Shown: one piece after another, positions 44,614 to 53,349 of the stretch
Layout of the letters: each line of letters opens with the position of its first letter
Position numbering within the stretch: the first letter of the stretch is position 1
NCBI GenBank assembly: GCA_964580075.1
Contig: CAZOJL010000006.1
Location: forward strand, 1 to 54,895
DNA length: 54,895 nt
Direction: 5' to 3'
DNA from: an uncultured Akkermansia sp.
GTDB taxonomy: Bacteria; Verrucomicrobiota; Kiritimatiellia; RFP12; JAAYNR01
The notes under the pieces: model-generated
What the model was told of the DNA's origin: nothing
The model's database searches: none
What the model saw: only the letters and a program-made list of their open reading frames with translations
Made by a program: the position numbers and the translations under genes

Positions 44614-45631
44614 CACAACTCCCCGGTGAGGTCAGAAGAGTCTCAAATCCCGCCTCGTAGAGCATTGTCTTGCAGGCGTTGATGTCTCGCCCGCGATGTC
44701 CCGTGGTATTCTTTTCCAAGTCTCTCGGGTTCGCTCCGGCCTCCGCGTAGACCGTGTTCGCCCCCGCTGTGAGACCGAGCAGATTCGGTTCGTGCACCGC
44801 GATGCTTTTCGTCTCGAGGCAGGCCAGCGTCGCCAGCGTGACCACAGCCGTCACTTGCGCAAGCCGGAGTTCCGAAATCTGGCCATGCGGCGCCAATGGC
44901 GCCAACGGCACGTACACGCGCCGCATGGCGGCATGCTGGAAACACCCGTATTCAAGCCCGATGAAAATCTGATCCGCCAACTCCTCCGGGCTATGTTCCG
45001 GCCCGATGGGCTCGCAACAGTAGTACCAGTCCAGCCCGGCCTCCTTGATGACCCGGATCGTCGCCTTCCGCTGCTCTGGGTCGAGCGCCGTGTCGACCCC
45101 TTCCCGGAGCCGACAGACATGATAGGCGCCGTTCACGCCCGCCGCTTTCAAGTCCCGCGCCTGAGCCTGATCGAAGTCTCCGATGTTGACGACTATTTGG
45201 GTTCTCTGCGGAATCCGTTCCCGCGCCATCAGCACGATGCGGGTCAACCGCTCGAAATCGAACGTGTGCATGGTCATGAGAAAAAGCGCGAAAAGTTCAC
45301 CCGACGCCGTAAAGCTGTCGGCGCTGCGGAGGATCTCTTCGTCGCTCATCACGCTCGGTTCGAACGCCGTGTGGCCTTCGCCGAACGAGCAGAACTTGCA
45401 TTTGCCGGGACAGGCCGCGATCTCGACGCCGATCTGCCCCAGAACAATCCCGCCGTTGTCGAACCGCCGCCGGGAGCTCGCGTCCGCAACCGCGCGCAGA
45501 ACAGCGGCTTCGAGGGAGGTCTCGGCGAATCGCAGCAGGAAAACGCACTCGTCGCGAGTGGGCGCGATGCCGCTCTGCGCCGCATCGAGAAGCCCCTGAA
45601 CTCTCGTGTCAACTTTCATCCGTCTCTCCAT
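44585..45631 (-). CDS. Radical SAM protein (BioB/HydE-like fold)
   Basis: CPGKCKFC CX3CX2C cluster motif. Start uncertain: M at 45631 or 45619, and the longest ORF reaches 45709. Confidence 0.6.
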   Translation of the reverse strand: MERRMKVDTRVQGLLDAAQSGIAPTRDECVFLLRFAETSLEAAVLRAVADASSRRRFDNGGIVLGQIGVEIAACPGKCKFCSFGEGHTAFEPSVMSDEEILRSADSFTASGELFALFLMTMHTFDFERLTRIVLMARERIPQRTQIVVNIGDFDQAQARDLKAAGVNGAYHVCRLREGVDTALDPEQRKATIRVIKEAGLDWYYCCEPIGPEHSPEELADQIFIGLEYGCFQHAAMRRVYVPLAPLAPHGQISELRLAQVTAVVTLATLACLETKSIAVHEPNLLGLTAGANTVYAEAGANPRDLEKNTTGHRGRDINACKTMLYEAGFETLLTSPGSCVTLTDAYRR

Positions 45632-45705
45632 TGCTCCCACGTCACCTTCGAACCCATTGCACCGTTGCCGCCAACGCCAACACGGCCAACAGCGCAGACA
45701 GCTTT

Positions 45706-46695
45706 TCACAAACCGACACCCTTATCAAGCGTTTCCGGAAACTCCCTGCCGGCGCGGGTGCGATTCAACTTTGTTGAATTCGCACAGGAGTCAGGAGTCA
45801 GAATCAAGGAGCCAGAAGGTGAGCGCCAATGCTTTATGTCGTTTTTCCGGAAAATATGTGTGTCTCCGGTTTTGAGGGCACGATAAAGGGAGGCAAAGTC
45901 ATGCCTAAGTCGTTGGAAATCAATTCTGACTCCTGAGTCCTGAATTCTGGGTGCGATGCAACGAAGTAAAATCGCACCCTGCCGGCGCTCCCGGCTTGCC
46001 GCAACCCGTGCTTCCTCGTAGCGCACAACACACGCCGGATCGGCGGTGTCTTCAATGATAGCGCCTGCATCAAGCATAACGAACCGGCGGCAAACGCGCC
46101 GAGCGAAACCCAGATCGTGGGTCGCGACCAGCATGGCGGCCTCTTGCTCGTCCAAAAGTCCGGCGAGTTCTTCCTTGCCGACCGGGTCAAGCGAAGCGGA
46201 GGGTTCGTCCAGCAGCAACAGCGGCGGGGCTGAAACAAGCGCACCGGCCAGCGCGACGCGCTGCCGCTGACCCTGCGACAAATGGTGCGGTGAAAACGAC
46301 GCAAGATCCCCGATCCCCAGCAGTGTCATGACCTCTGACGCCTTCGCCCTCGCCTTCTCACGGGCAACGCCCCGGCGCTCTAAAGAGAAAGCCACATCTT
46401 CCATCACGTTGGGAAAGAGAATCTGATCATCCGGCACCCCAAATAAAAAACCGAGTTTGTCACGGACCGCACGTTCCGTCGCCTGTGACAAGGGTATGCC
46501 GCAAACAGCGATATCGCCCGTAAACGGCAGCAGCCCGGCCGCCGCACAGAGCAACGTCGTCTTGCCGGATCCGTTGAGGCCCAACAGAGCCACCCGTTCC
46601 CGTGAGCCGATGCACAGGGAGACGTTCCGTACAACCTCGGGTTCGCCCGCCCTGTAACGGACAGATATGTCACGATAGACAAGTGCTTCACTCAT
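45706..46695 (-). CDS. cbiO: ECF/cobalt-type ABC transporter ATPase (CbiO/EcfA-like) with a C-terminal extension encoded by an inserted repeat element
   Basis: Walker A GLNGSGKTT, signature LSQGQRQR, Walker B LLLDEP, ATHD. About 75 C-terminal codons derive from the 45756-45976 element. Confidence 0.7.
   Translation of the reverse strand: MSEALVYRDISVRYRAGEPEVVRNVSLCIGSRERVALLGLNGSGKTTLLCAAAGLLPFTGDIAVCGIPLSQATERAVRDKLGFLFGVPDDQILFPNVMEDVAFSLERRGVAREKARAKASEVMTLLGIGDLASFSPHHLSQGQRQRVALAGALVSAPPLLLLDEPSASLDPVGKEELAGLLDEQEAAMLVATHDLGFARRVCRRFVMLDAGAIIEDTADPACVVRYEEARVAASRERRQGAILLRCIAPRIQDSGVRIDFQRLRHDFASLYRALKTGDTHIFRKNDIKHWRSPSGSLILTPDSCANSTKLNRTRAGREFPETLDKGVGL
45756..45976. mobile_element. 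MITE-like structured element flanked by a 12-bp direct duplication
   Basis: CCCTGCCGGCGC at 45744-45755 and 45977-45988. Internal inverted repeats AGGAGTCAGGAGTCAGAAT / ATTCTGACTCCTGAGTCCT. Terminal GGGTGCGAT / ATCGCA(CCC) hairpins. Confidence 0.5.
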
Positions 46696-47444
46696 CACGC
46701 CTCCAAACATCGCATCACAAGAACCACGCCAAACACGAGGAGCGAAAACGCGACCGCACAGCGGTCAGAGGCGGATGTGCACGCCGTGCGCTCCCCGCGT
46801 AGCGGACCGTCGAACCCGCGCACCTCCATGGCGGCGCTCACACGCTCGGCCCGCAGCAGCAGGCGCAGCAGCCAGATCACCGGCAGCGCGAAAAGGCAGC
46901 GCAGACGGACGGACACGGTAGCAGACGGAACACCGCGCACGCGCAGCGCCGCCGCCATCCGCCTCGACTCATCCGCCAGCAGGGCGGTCTGATGCGCGAT
47001 CTGCATGATCAAAGCCGCCAGCGTGTGCGGCAGCGGCAGTCCGGAGAGGCCTTGCCCGAGTTCGGCTAAATCAAGCACCGACAGGGTCGCCGCACACACC
47101 ACGATACCGGCTGTTCCGCGCAGACCGATCACCAGCGGAACACGCACCGCCTCGGGCCACGAGCCTGAATCCGTTTGAATGCGGGCAACCGGCGCGAGCA
47201 GCAACAACGGCAGAAAGAGGCAACCGGCAAGAAGTAGGACAGAGACCAGCCGCCGCAACGGAATTCCGCACCCCGCCGTCCAGCCGATCAGAACAACAGA
47301 GAAAAGCGCAATGCCCCAAAAATTTGCTAAAGATGCGGCGAAACAGCTCGCTAAAGCGAAGGTTCCGCACACCAGACGCGTCGAAGGCGTCAGCTTCCGC
47401 ATCCGTCCGCTTCCCCCGCCCCACGCCTCTGTAAACGCCGTCAC
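46695..47444 (-). CDS. cbiQ: ECF transporter transmembrane component (CbiQ/EcfT-like)
   Basis: 249-aa polytopic membrane ORF directly upstream of cbiO, with a stop/start overlap. Confidence 0.6.
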   Translation of the reverse strand: MTAFTEAWGGGSGRMRKLTPSTRLVCGTFALASCFAASLANFWGIALFSVVLIGWTAGCGIPLRRLVSVLLLAGCLFLPLLLLAPVARIQTDSGSWPEAVRVPLVIGLRGTAGIVVCAATLSVLDLAELGQGLSGLPLPHTLAALIMQIAHQTALLADESRRMAAALRVRGVPSATVSVRLRCLFALPVIWLLRLLLRAERVSAAMEVRGFDGPLRGERTACTSASDRCAVAFSLLVFGVVLVMRCLEA

Positions 47445-47447
47445 AAA

Positions 47448-48071
47448 TTATCCCTCTTTTCGGGCCGTCAGCAGATAGCGCTGCGCCTCGTCGGCCGTCG
47501 CAAGAACGGCAAAGCCGCCGCGCTCGAACAGGGACGCTACTTCACGAACCGGTGCCAGCAGGTCGGCACTGACAGAGGGGTGAGCTTCTCTGTGGATTCG
47601 GTTGACCTCGTCCCGCGAGATGAAATGAAAGATATGGACACAACCGTCCGACCGCAGCACCCGATGAAACTCCCGGGCCACTGCCCCCTGGTCTTCGAAA
47701 TGCGGCCAAGCCGAAAAACAGAGGATGCGGTCGCACGAGGCAGCCGCGACAGGGATCCGGTCGGCCGCAGCCTGTACCCACGTCACGCGCGGGTCGCCGA
47801 TTTTCTGTCTCGCTCGTTCGAGCATCACCGGCGATATGTCCAATGCGACCACACGTCCGTCGAGGCCGAGCCACCCCAAGAGTGCCCGCGTGAGATTTCC
47901 CGTGCCGCAGCCGACGTCTAATATCGTTTCAGCCGTCTGGATGCCGAATCCGTCAAACACCACGTTCAGCTTATCGGCCAGCAAAGCCAAGTCATGCCAG
48001 CCGTCCCAAGCTTCTGCTATCGAGTCAAAAAAGACCACACGCGGGTCAACTTGTATTTCGCGTTCCATCAT
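47448..48071 (-). CDS. Class I SAM-dependent methyltransferase
   Basis: ILDVGCGTGNLT motif I and VVALDISPVML motif II. Confidence 0.75.
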   Translation of the reverse strand: MMEREIQVDPRVVFFDSIAEAWDGWHDLALLADKLNVVFDGFGIQTAETILDVGCGTGNLTRALLGWLGLDGRVVALDISPVMLERARQKIGDPRVTWVQAAADRIPVAAASCDRILCFSAWPHFEDQGAVAREFHRVLRSDGCVHIFHFISRDEVNRIHREAHPSVSADLLAPVREVASLFERGGFAVLATADEAQRYLLTARKEG

Positions 48072-48639
48072 CCGTCATCCTCTCGTATGGCACGGGCGTC
48101 TCGCCCGTGTCCGTGTGGGTCACGGGCGAGACGCCCGTGCCACATGGCCCCTTCCCCGCCAGACGCACAACCTGCGGGATCACCACCATCATCAAGACCA
48201 GTCCCATCCAGCCGCTCAGCAGCGAAATGCCGACAATCAATCCGGCCGGCAATTCCAGCGCCCGCGCCGCCCCATACAGAAGCCCTGCGTTGACAACCCT
48301 CCCGGCCGCCAGCGCGAGGGCCAAAACAACCCAGACGGGAAGACGCGGGAACGCCGCGCGAAGCGCCCCGATCACAACCGCCATCAGCGCCAGCTCCGCC
48401 GCCATCACTGGCGCAACCGGCGGCATAAACGGCGGCATGCCCGTCACCGCGCCACACAGAAGCGGCGCCAGCAGGGCCGTCACCGCTGCGGCCCCGGGCC
48501 GCACGAAGAAGGCCAGCGCGACCAGCGGCAGGTACATGGGCATGAAGACATGCCCCACGTGCAGGACATGGAACAGCACCGGCAACAGCAACGCCGCCGC
48601 GCCGAATAACCCGCAGTACGCCAGTTCACGCGGCTTCAT
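48046..48639 (-). CDS. Small polytopic membrane protein, possible ECF S-component
   Basis: About 6 predicted TM segments, in an operon with cbiQ/cbiO. The last roughly 30 codons are encoded by a REP palindrome. Confidence 0.4.
   Translation of the reverse strand: MKPRELAYCGLFGAAALLLPVLFHVLHVGHVFMPMYLPLVALAFFVRPGAAAVTALLAPLLCGAVTGMPPFMPPVAPVMAAELALMAVVIGALRAAFPRLPVWVVLALALAAGRVVNAGLLYGAARALELPAGLIVGISLLSGWMGLVLMMVVIPQVVRLAGKGPCGTGVSPVTHTDTGETPVPYERMTDDGTRNTS
48088..48142. repeat. REP-like perfect palindrome at the 3' end of the S-component-like gene
   Basis: TGGCACGGGCGTCTCGCCCGTG..CACGGGCGAGACGCCCGTGCCA. Related in pattern to the GGCACAGGCATTCCTGCCTGTG family. Confidence 0.75.
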
Positions 48640-48649
48640 TGTCTTGTCC

Positions 48650-50593
48650 TCAGAACTTCAGTTTCATGCCGGTGTACCACATGATCCCAGGCATGGGATA
48701 GTCCGGAAAATACTCGTAATGCTGGTTCGTGAAGTTCTCAGCCGCGAGATACAGCTCGCCCTTCAGTTTGGAGAAGGCCTGCAGGGCGAGCGACACGCGC
48801 ATGTTGAAGACCAGATAACTGTCGAGCCTGTCTAAAACGGGGTTGGCGCTGCGTACACTGTATGCGTACTGACTCGCGACATACTCGGCGTCCACATCCC
48901 ACCGCACATAGCGTGCGACCTGATAGGAGGCCCCTGCACTGGCGGTCACCTCGGGCAACCGCGAGACCGGATGAGTCTCAGGGACCGTGTACGTACCGCC
49001 CGCAAAAAAGGCCAGATCCTTGCGCGGATACAGATGCAGCGAAAACTCTGCTCCTTCGGCCCGCATCCCGCCGATGTTGAGATAATCCCCCGAACTGGTG
49101 GCATCCATACGGTTCTCGACCTCCGTGTGAAAAACCGAAGCTTGGAACGCCGCGTGCTCGCCCAATTCCATATGAACGCCCGCCTCGGTTGTATCCATGG
49201 TCTCAGCCTCGAGTGAACGCCACGTCGCGGGAGAAATCCCCCGCATATAGATGCCCGGATAATGCACGCCGCGCGAATGGGAGACAAAGAAGTCCAAACC
49301 GTCCCTCGCCAAGGTCAACGCCGCGCAGGGCGCGATCTCGTCGCCAAACTCGTTGCTCGCATAGTAGCGTGTGCCAACCGACGGCGTCAGCGTCCAGCCA
49401 TGCCCGACATCGAAATCATATCGCGTGCCCACATACGGCGCGGTCGTAAAGAACCGTCCGTTGTACCCCCATACGCGTGTTCCGCTGGACTCACGGATGT
49501 TTCCCGTCTCCCCGCCTTCGGACCACGTGTCGCACGACACGGTGAGGGTCAGCCGGTCGAACAGAATGTCGTAGGACGAGCGGAACCCGTAGTTCTGCCA
49601 GTCCGTGTTTGAATAGCCTGCGGGGGACGTCAGTACGCCATCCGACAGATGGTCCTTGTGCCATGTGATCTTTCCGTCCTCGAAGTAAAGGAGCGAATAG
49701 CCTTTCACGGTCTCATGGTCGCTCTCCAAACGGAGGATATGCGTGTCCGTCTGCGTGTTGAACTGGTCGCGCAGCGGCGTCGGCCCGCCTTTCGGCCCCG
49801 GATCGCGGACCCAGTTGTCCGTGTGCTGAAAGATGTATGAGAGGTGATCCTCCGCCGAGAGATCCCATCCGGCCCGCGCGAACACGCTCTCAAGCTCGGC
49901 CTCGCCATGCTCCCGCGCACCCTCGGAATACTTGTACGATGCTCCCGCGTAGTAATCGAAAAGGCCGACCTTGCCGCCTGCGGAGGCCGAGCCTATCAGC
50001 GTGTTGAAGCGCCCGTAGGCTACATCCAGCTCGCCCTCATGCCCCTGCTCGGTCCGCCGCTTCGTCTCGATATCCACCGCGCCGAAGGTTCCGGGGTAGT
50101 TCTGCGGCTGCGGATTCTTGGCGACCCTAACGCTCTCCGCAAAATCGATCGGCACAATGTCCATCAGCGGATGCGACCAGACGCCGGATTCCCGCGGGAC
50201 GCCGTCCGTGTAGATCTTGACCTCGCCTCCGGGACGCGCCGTGCCCGCCCCGCGGATGTAGACTGAGCCGCCCTGCGCGCCGCCATAAGCGCCGACCGGA
50301 CTGTAACGGGAAATGGAGACGCCCGGCACCTGCCGCAACGCGGTCGGCAGGTCTGTCGCGCTCAGGCGTCCGATCTGCTGGCGTCCGACGACCGCGCTGT
50401 TCGCGCCGTCCTTGGCCGTCTGCTCATATTGGGTGATGGGCGAGGCCATCACAACAACCTTTATTTCCGCACCCGTGTTGCTGCTCGTAACGTCCGTTCC
50501 GGCAACCTGATTGCTGACCGTCTGTGCGGCACCCGTCAGTGCCGCCAGACAAACCCCCACAAGCGCCGGCACACATTGCGTTGTTCTGCGCAT
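48650..50593 (-). CDS. TonB-dependent outer-membrane receptor
   Basis: Start at MRRTTQCVPALVG, preceded by AAGGAGGG. Plug-domain motifs LRQVPGVSI and YIRGAG. Terminal beta-strand ends in F. Confidence 0.8.
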   Translation of the reverse strand: MRRTTQCVPALVGVCLAALTGAAQTVSNQVAGTDVTSSNTGAEIKVVVMASPITQYEQTAKDGANSAVVGRQQIGRLSATDLPTALRQVPGVSISRYSPVGAYGGAQGGSVYIRGAGTARPGGEVKIYTDGVPRESGVWSHPLMDIVPIDFAESVRVAKNPQPQNYPGTFGAVDIETKRRTEQGHEGELDVAYGRFNTLIGSASAGGKVGLFDYYAGASYKYSEGAREHGEAELESVFARAGWDLSAEDHLSYIFQHTDNWVRDPGPKGGPTPLRDQFNTQTDTHILRLESDHETVKGYSLLYFEDGKITWHKDHLSDGVLTSPAGYSNTDWQNYGFRSSYDILFDRLTLTVSCDTWSEGGETGNIRESSGTRVWGYNGRFFTTAPYVGTRYDFDVGHGWTLTPSVGTRYYASNEFGDEIAPCAALTLARDGLDFFVSHSRGVHYPGIYMRGISPATWRSLEAETMDTTEAGVHMELGEHAAFQASVFHTEVENRMDATSSGDYLNIGGMRAEGAEFSLHLYPRKDLAFFAGGTYTVPETHPVSRLPEVTASAGASYQVARYVRWDVDAEYVASQYAYSVRSANPVLDRLDSYLVFNMRVSLALQAFSKLKGELYLAAENFTNQHYEYFPDYPMPGIMWYTGMKLKF

Positions 50594-50700
50594 AAGTCCC
50601 TCCTTTGTCGTATCCGTTACCGACGCCGGTGTCAGCCTAGCCGACACCATTGCGCCGCGTTTGACGTAATACTTATCATAGAAACGTAATACGCGTCCAA

Positions 50701-50722
50701 TCAAAAAAAACAGGCCCTGTTT
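50701..50722 (-). terminator. Candidate intrinsic terminator after the C_GCAxxG_C_C gene
   Basis: The minus strand reads AAACAG-GGC-CTGTTTTTTTT: a short stem followed by a T-run. Confidence 0.4.
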
Positions 50723-50737
50723 ACGGTTCGACCCGCG

Positions 50738-51211
50738 TCAGACAGGATCCTGATCCTGCGCGCTTAAATGGGATTCAACGATCTGGGCAGCAAGGCCGAC
50801 AAGCTCTGCGCAGGGCCGTTTTCTGTAGTAGTCAGCCGTCCGCGCTTCTGACACCGGTGCCTCTTCGCCCTCGAAAAGCCCCAGCAGTTCACGGCAGATC
50901 AGTGATCCGGTCGTGTTTTTAAATTCAGCGGCGAGCGCCTGGATGCGCGCGTAATGCCGGTCCTTTAGCGTCTTGCTCGTCAGATCGCTATAGCCCTCCT
51001 TTAGGCCGATGACCATGAACATTCCCGATACGGCGCCGCAAACCTCGCGCAGTTTCCCCATGCCGCCCCCAAAAGAGGACCCCAGTTGCAGCGCCTGTTC
51101 AAACTCCAGGCCGCACTCTGCGGCAAACGCGCCCAGGACCGCCTGAGCGCAATTCGCCCCGTTTTTGAATAGCTTCTTTGCTTCGTCGTCTTGCATCGCA
51201 TTTCCTTTCAA
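50738..51211 (-). CDS. C_GCAxxG_C_C family protein
   Basis: NCAQAVL and CGAVSG motifs plus a C-terminal Cys, as in the family. Confidence 0.75.
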   Translation of the reverse strand: MKGNAMQDDEAKKLFKNGANCAQAVLGAFAAECGLEFEQALQLGSSFGGGMGKLREVCGAVSGMFMVIGLKEGYSDLTSKTLKDRHYARIQALAAEFKNTTGSLICRELLGLFEGEEAPVSEARTADYYRKRPCAELVGLAAQIVESHLSAQDQDPV

Positions 51212-51217
51212 CTTGCC

Positions 51218-52069
51218 TCACAACGTGACTTTCATTCCCGCATACCCCGGCTGCACTGACGCGCCCAAACGCTTCGCCAGATACGCGCATGCCGCATCCC
51301 CTGTGCAGTGGCAGGGAATCACAAGTGGGATAGCATACGCCTTGAGCGCCTCGGCTGTCTGCTCCAATCGTGCGTCTGTCGCATGCAGCAGGTGCATCCC
51401 GCCGATCACGGCGGCAATCCGGTCCTCGCCGGCCACGCGAATGCAATGCGTCAAGGTGTTGATGACACCCGCGTGGCAACAGCCCAGGCACACCACCAGC
51501 CCCGTACGGGCCTCGATCCAGAGCGAAAGATCGTCCGGAATCATGTCCGCATGCTTTCCATCCGCATCCAGAAAAAACGGGCCGCCCGTGTTCTCGTACG
51601 CGGTGATGCGCGGCACAGGCCCGGTCATCATCACGCCTTCGGCAAGAGCCCACGGGGTTGTAACCCGGCAACGACGCGCGTCGGGCAGAGCCCGGACCGC
51701 CACCTGAGACGCTTCCGGCATACCGACCGGTTGCGGCGCATCGTGAATGCTGTACCGCGCCTGCACCGCGTCCGGATGCAGAAACAGGCGCGAGTGCCCG
51801 GCACGTTCAAGCACGGTGGGCAGATTTCCGGTGTGATCGTAGTGGCCATGACTCAGAACCACACAGTCAGCCAAGCCGAGATCGATTCCCAACGCCTCCG
51901 CATTCCTCAACATCGCCTCGCCGTGACCGGTGTCGAACAGGATTGTGTGCCCTGCGATCTCGATCCACAGCGACACTCCATGTTCCGCTTCCAGCCCGTA
52001 TGCGGCCCGATTGTCCGACAGTACCGTGATGAAGATCGACTTGTGTGTGCCCATCACCGTCCCTTTCAA
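51218..52069 (-). CDS. MBL-fold metallo-hydrolase
   Basis: LSHGHYDHTG (HxHxDH) motif and downstream His/Cys ligands. Confidence 0.7.
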   Translation of the reverse strand: MKGTVMGTHKSIFITVLSDNRAAYGLEAEHGVSLWIEIAGHTILFDTGHGEAMLRNAEALGIDLGLADCVVLSHGHYDHTGNLPTVLERAGHSRLFLHPDAVQARYSIHDAPQPVGMPEASQVAVRALPDARRCRVTTPWALAEGVMMTGPVPRITAYENTGGPFFLDADGKHADMIPDDLSLWIEARTGLVVCLGCCHAGVINTLTHCIRVAGEDRIAAVIGGMHLLHATDARLEQTAEALKAYAIPLVIPCHCTGDAACAYLAKRLGASVQPGYAGMKVTL

Positions 52070-52084
52070 ACGACCGGTGCGGCC

Positions 52085-52441
52085 TCAGTGATCGCAGACA
52101 TTCGCACCCGCCTGCAGTGTGCCGGCCAAGTATTTCTCGATCAGCGTGTCGGGCGTCTCCGCAGGCAACCCCACCGTCACCTTGATGTTCTGTTCCGCGA
52201 AGAGCCCCTGCGCGCGCTGGCCCATGCCACCCGCCAGGATCTGCCCCGCGCCCTGTTCCGCCAGCCAGCGCGGCAACACACCCGGCTCATGCGGCGGCGG
52301 GGTGAGATCCACGCGCCCGACAATCTTCCGCTGCGCCAGATCCACGTCGACCAACGCGAACGTCTCACAGTGTCCGAAGTGCATGCACAGTTTTCCCTCG
52401 GCCAGAGGGATCGCGATCTTGATTCTCATTGTGTTACTCAT
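52085..52441 (-). CDS. NifB/NifX-family protein
   Basis: MRIKIAIPLAEGKLCMHFGHCETFALVD..GAGQILAGGMG. An ATGA overlap with the upstream gene exists if the start is at 52441. Confidence 0.7.
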   Translation of the reverse strand: MSNTMRIKIAIPLAEGKLCMHFGHCETFALVDVDLAQRKIVGRVDLTPPPHEPGVLPRWLAEQGAGQILAGGMGQRAQGLFAEQNIKVTVGLPAETPDTLIEKYLAGTLQAGANVCDH

Positions 52442-53349
52442 TCGTCTTCTCCTTGTTTCTGATTTCGGGTTTGAAAACCCAACTTCTCCCATACGCTCCT
52501 GATATCCTCTGCTGACGGCGCGTCAATCTCTACGACCGCCTTCGCCTGAATCTGGGCCGCCGTCACCGCGCGGTCGTAGCGGATTCGTCCGACTCCCTGC
52601 GCTCCGGCCGCCTCCGCTTTTTTTTCGATCCGTTCCGTCATCTCCGGGTTAATGTCCCATTTGTTCACGCACACCGAAGTCGGAATGTCGAAGTGCCGCG
52701 CCAGCGTCAGCACCCGCTCCAGATCATGCTCGCCCGAGACCGTCGGCTCCGTCACCACCAGCACCTGCGACGCGCCCGTCATCGAGGCGATCACCGGGCA
52801 CCCGATGCCGGGCGGCCCATCCGTGATGATCAGCGGCACCCCTTTCACCTCCGCGATCTGCCGCGCCTCGCGCCGCACGATGGAGACCAGCTTTCCGGAA
52901 TTCTCGGCCGCCACTCCCAGACAGGCGTGTACCATTGGCCCGCAACGCGTCTCGGACACCCTCCACTTGCCGCACAGACGCTCGGGAAATGCGATCGCGC
53001 CCACCGTGCAGAATCGCACGCACACGCCGCATCCTTCGCACGCCACGGGATCGACCCGGTACTGGTTTCCAGACAAGAGCTTCACCGCCCCGAATCGGCA
53101 TACCTCAACGCACATGCCGCAGCCCATGCACGTTTCACGCCGGATCACCGCTTCGTGTCCGCTCTTGAAATCCGTGCTCTTGCTCATCTTCGGCGCGAGC
53201 ACGAGGTGCAGATCCGCCGCGTCCACGTCGCAATCAGCGATGACCGCGCGCCCGGCCGCCAACACGGCGAACGACGCCGCCACGCTGGTCTTGCCCGTGC
53301 CGCCCTTGCCGCTGATGATCACGATCTCGTGTGGGTTCTTTCCGCTCAT
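52438..53349 (-). CDS. MinD/Mrp/CooC-type P-loop ATPase with an inserted 2x[4Fe-4S] ferredoxin domain
   Basis: Start MSGKNPHEIVIISGKGGTGKTS. CMGCGMCVEVC and CEGCGVCVRFC motifs. ATGA overlap with the upstream paralog. Confidence 0.75.
   Translation of the reverse strand: MSGKNPHEIVIISGKGGTGKTSVAASFAVLAAGRAVIADCDVDAADLHLVLAPKMSKSTDFKSGHEAVIRRETCMGCGMCVEVCRFGAVKLLSGNQYRVDPVACEGCGVCVRFCTVGAIAFPERLCGKWRVSETRCGPMVHACLGVAAENSGKLVSIVRREARQIAEVKGVPLIITDGPPGIGCPVIASMTGASQVLVVTEPTVSGEHDLERVLTLARHFDIPTSVCVNKWDINPEMTERIEKKAEAAGAQGVGRIRYDRAVTAAQIQAKAVVEIDAPSAEDIRSVWEKLGFQTRNQKQGEDE

Noticed and set aside
45886-45935. 11-codon mini-ORF with AGGGAGG RBS (MPKSLEINSDS) inside the 45756-45976 element
   Set aside because: It is too short and lies within the inverted-repeat body. 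There is no evidence that it is expressed or conserved.
50594-50737. Possible cobalamin riboswitch upstream of the TonB-dependent receptor
   Set aside because: The leader is only about 100 nt and I could not find a B12-box-like sequence. Only a simple hairpin (GGTGTC..GACACC) is present. An Rfam scan would settle this.
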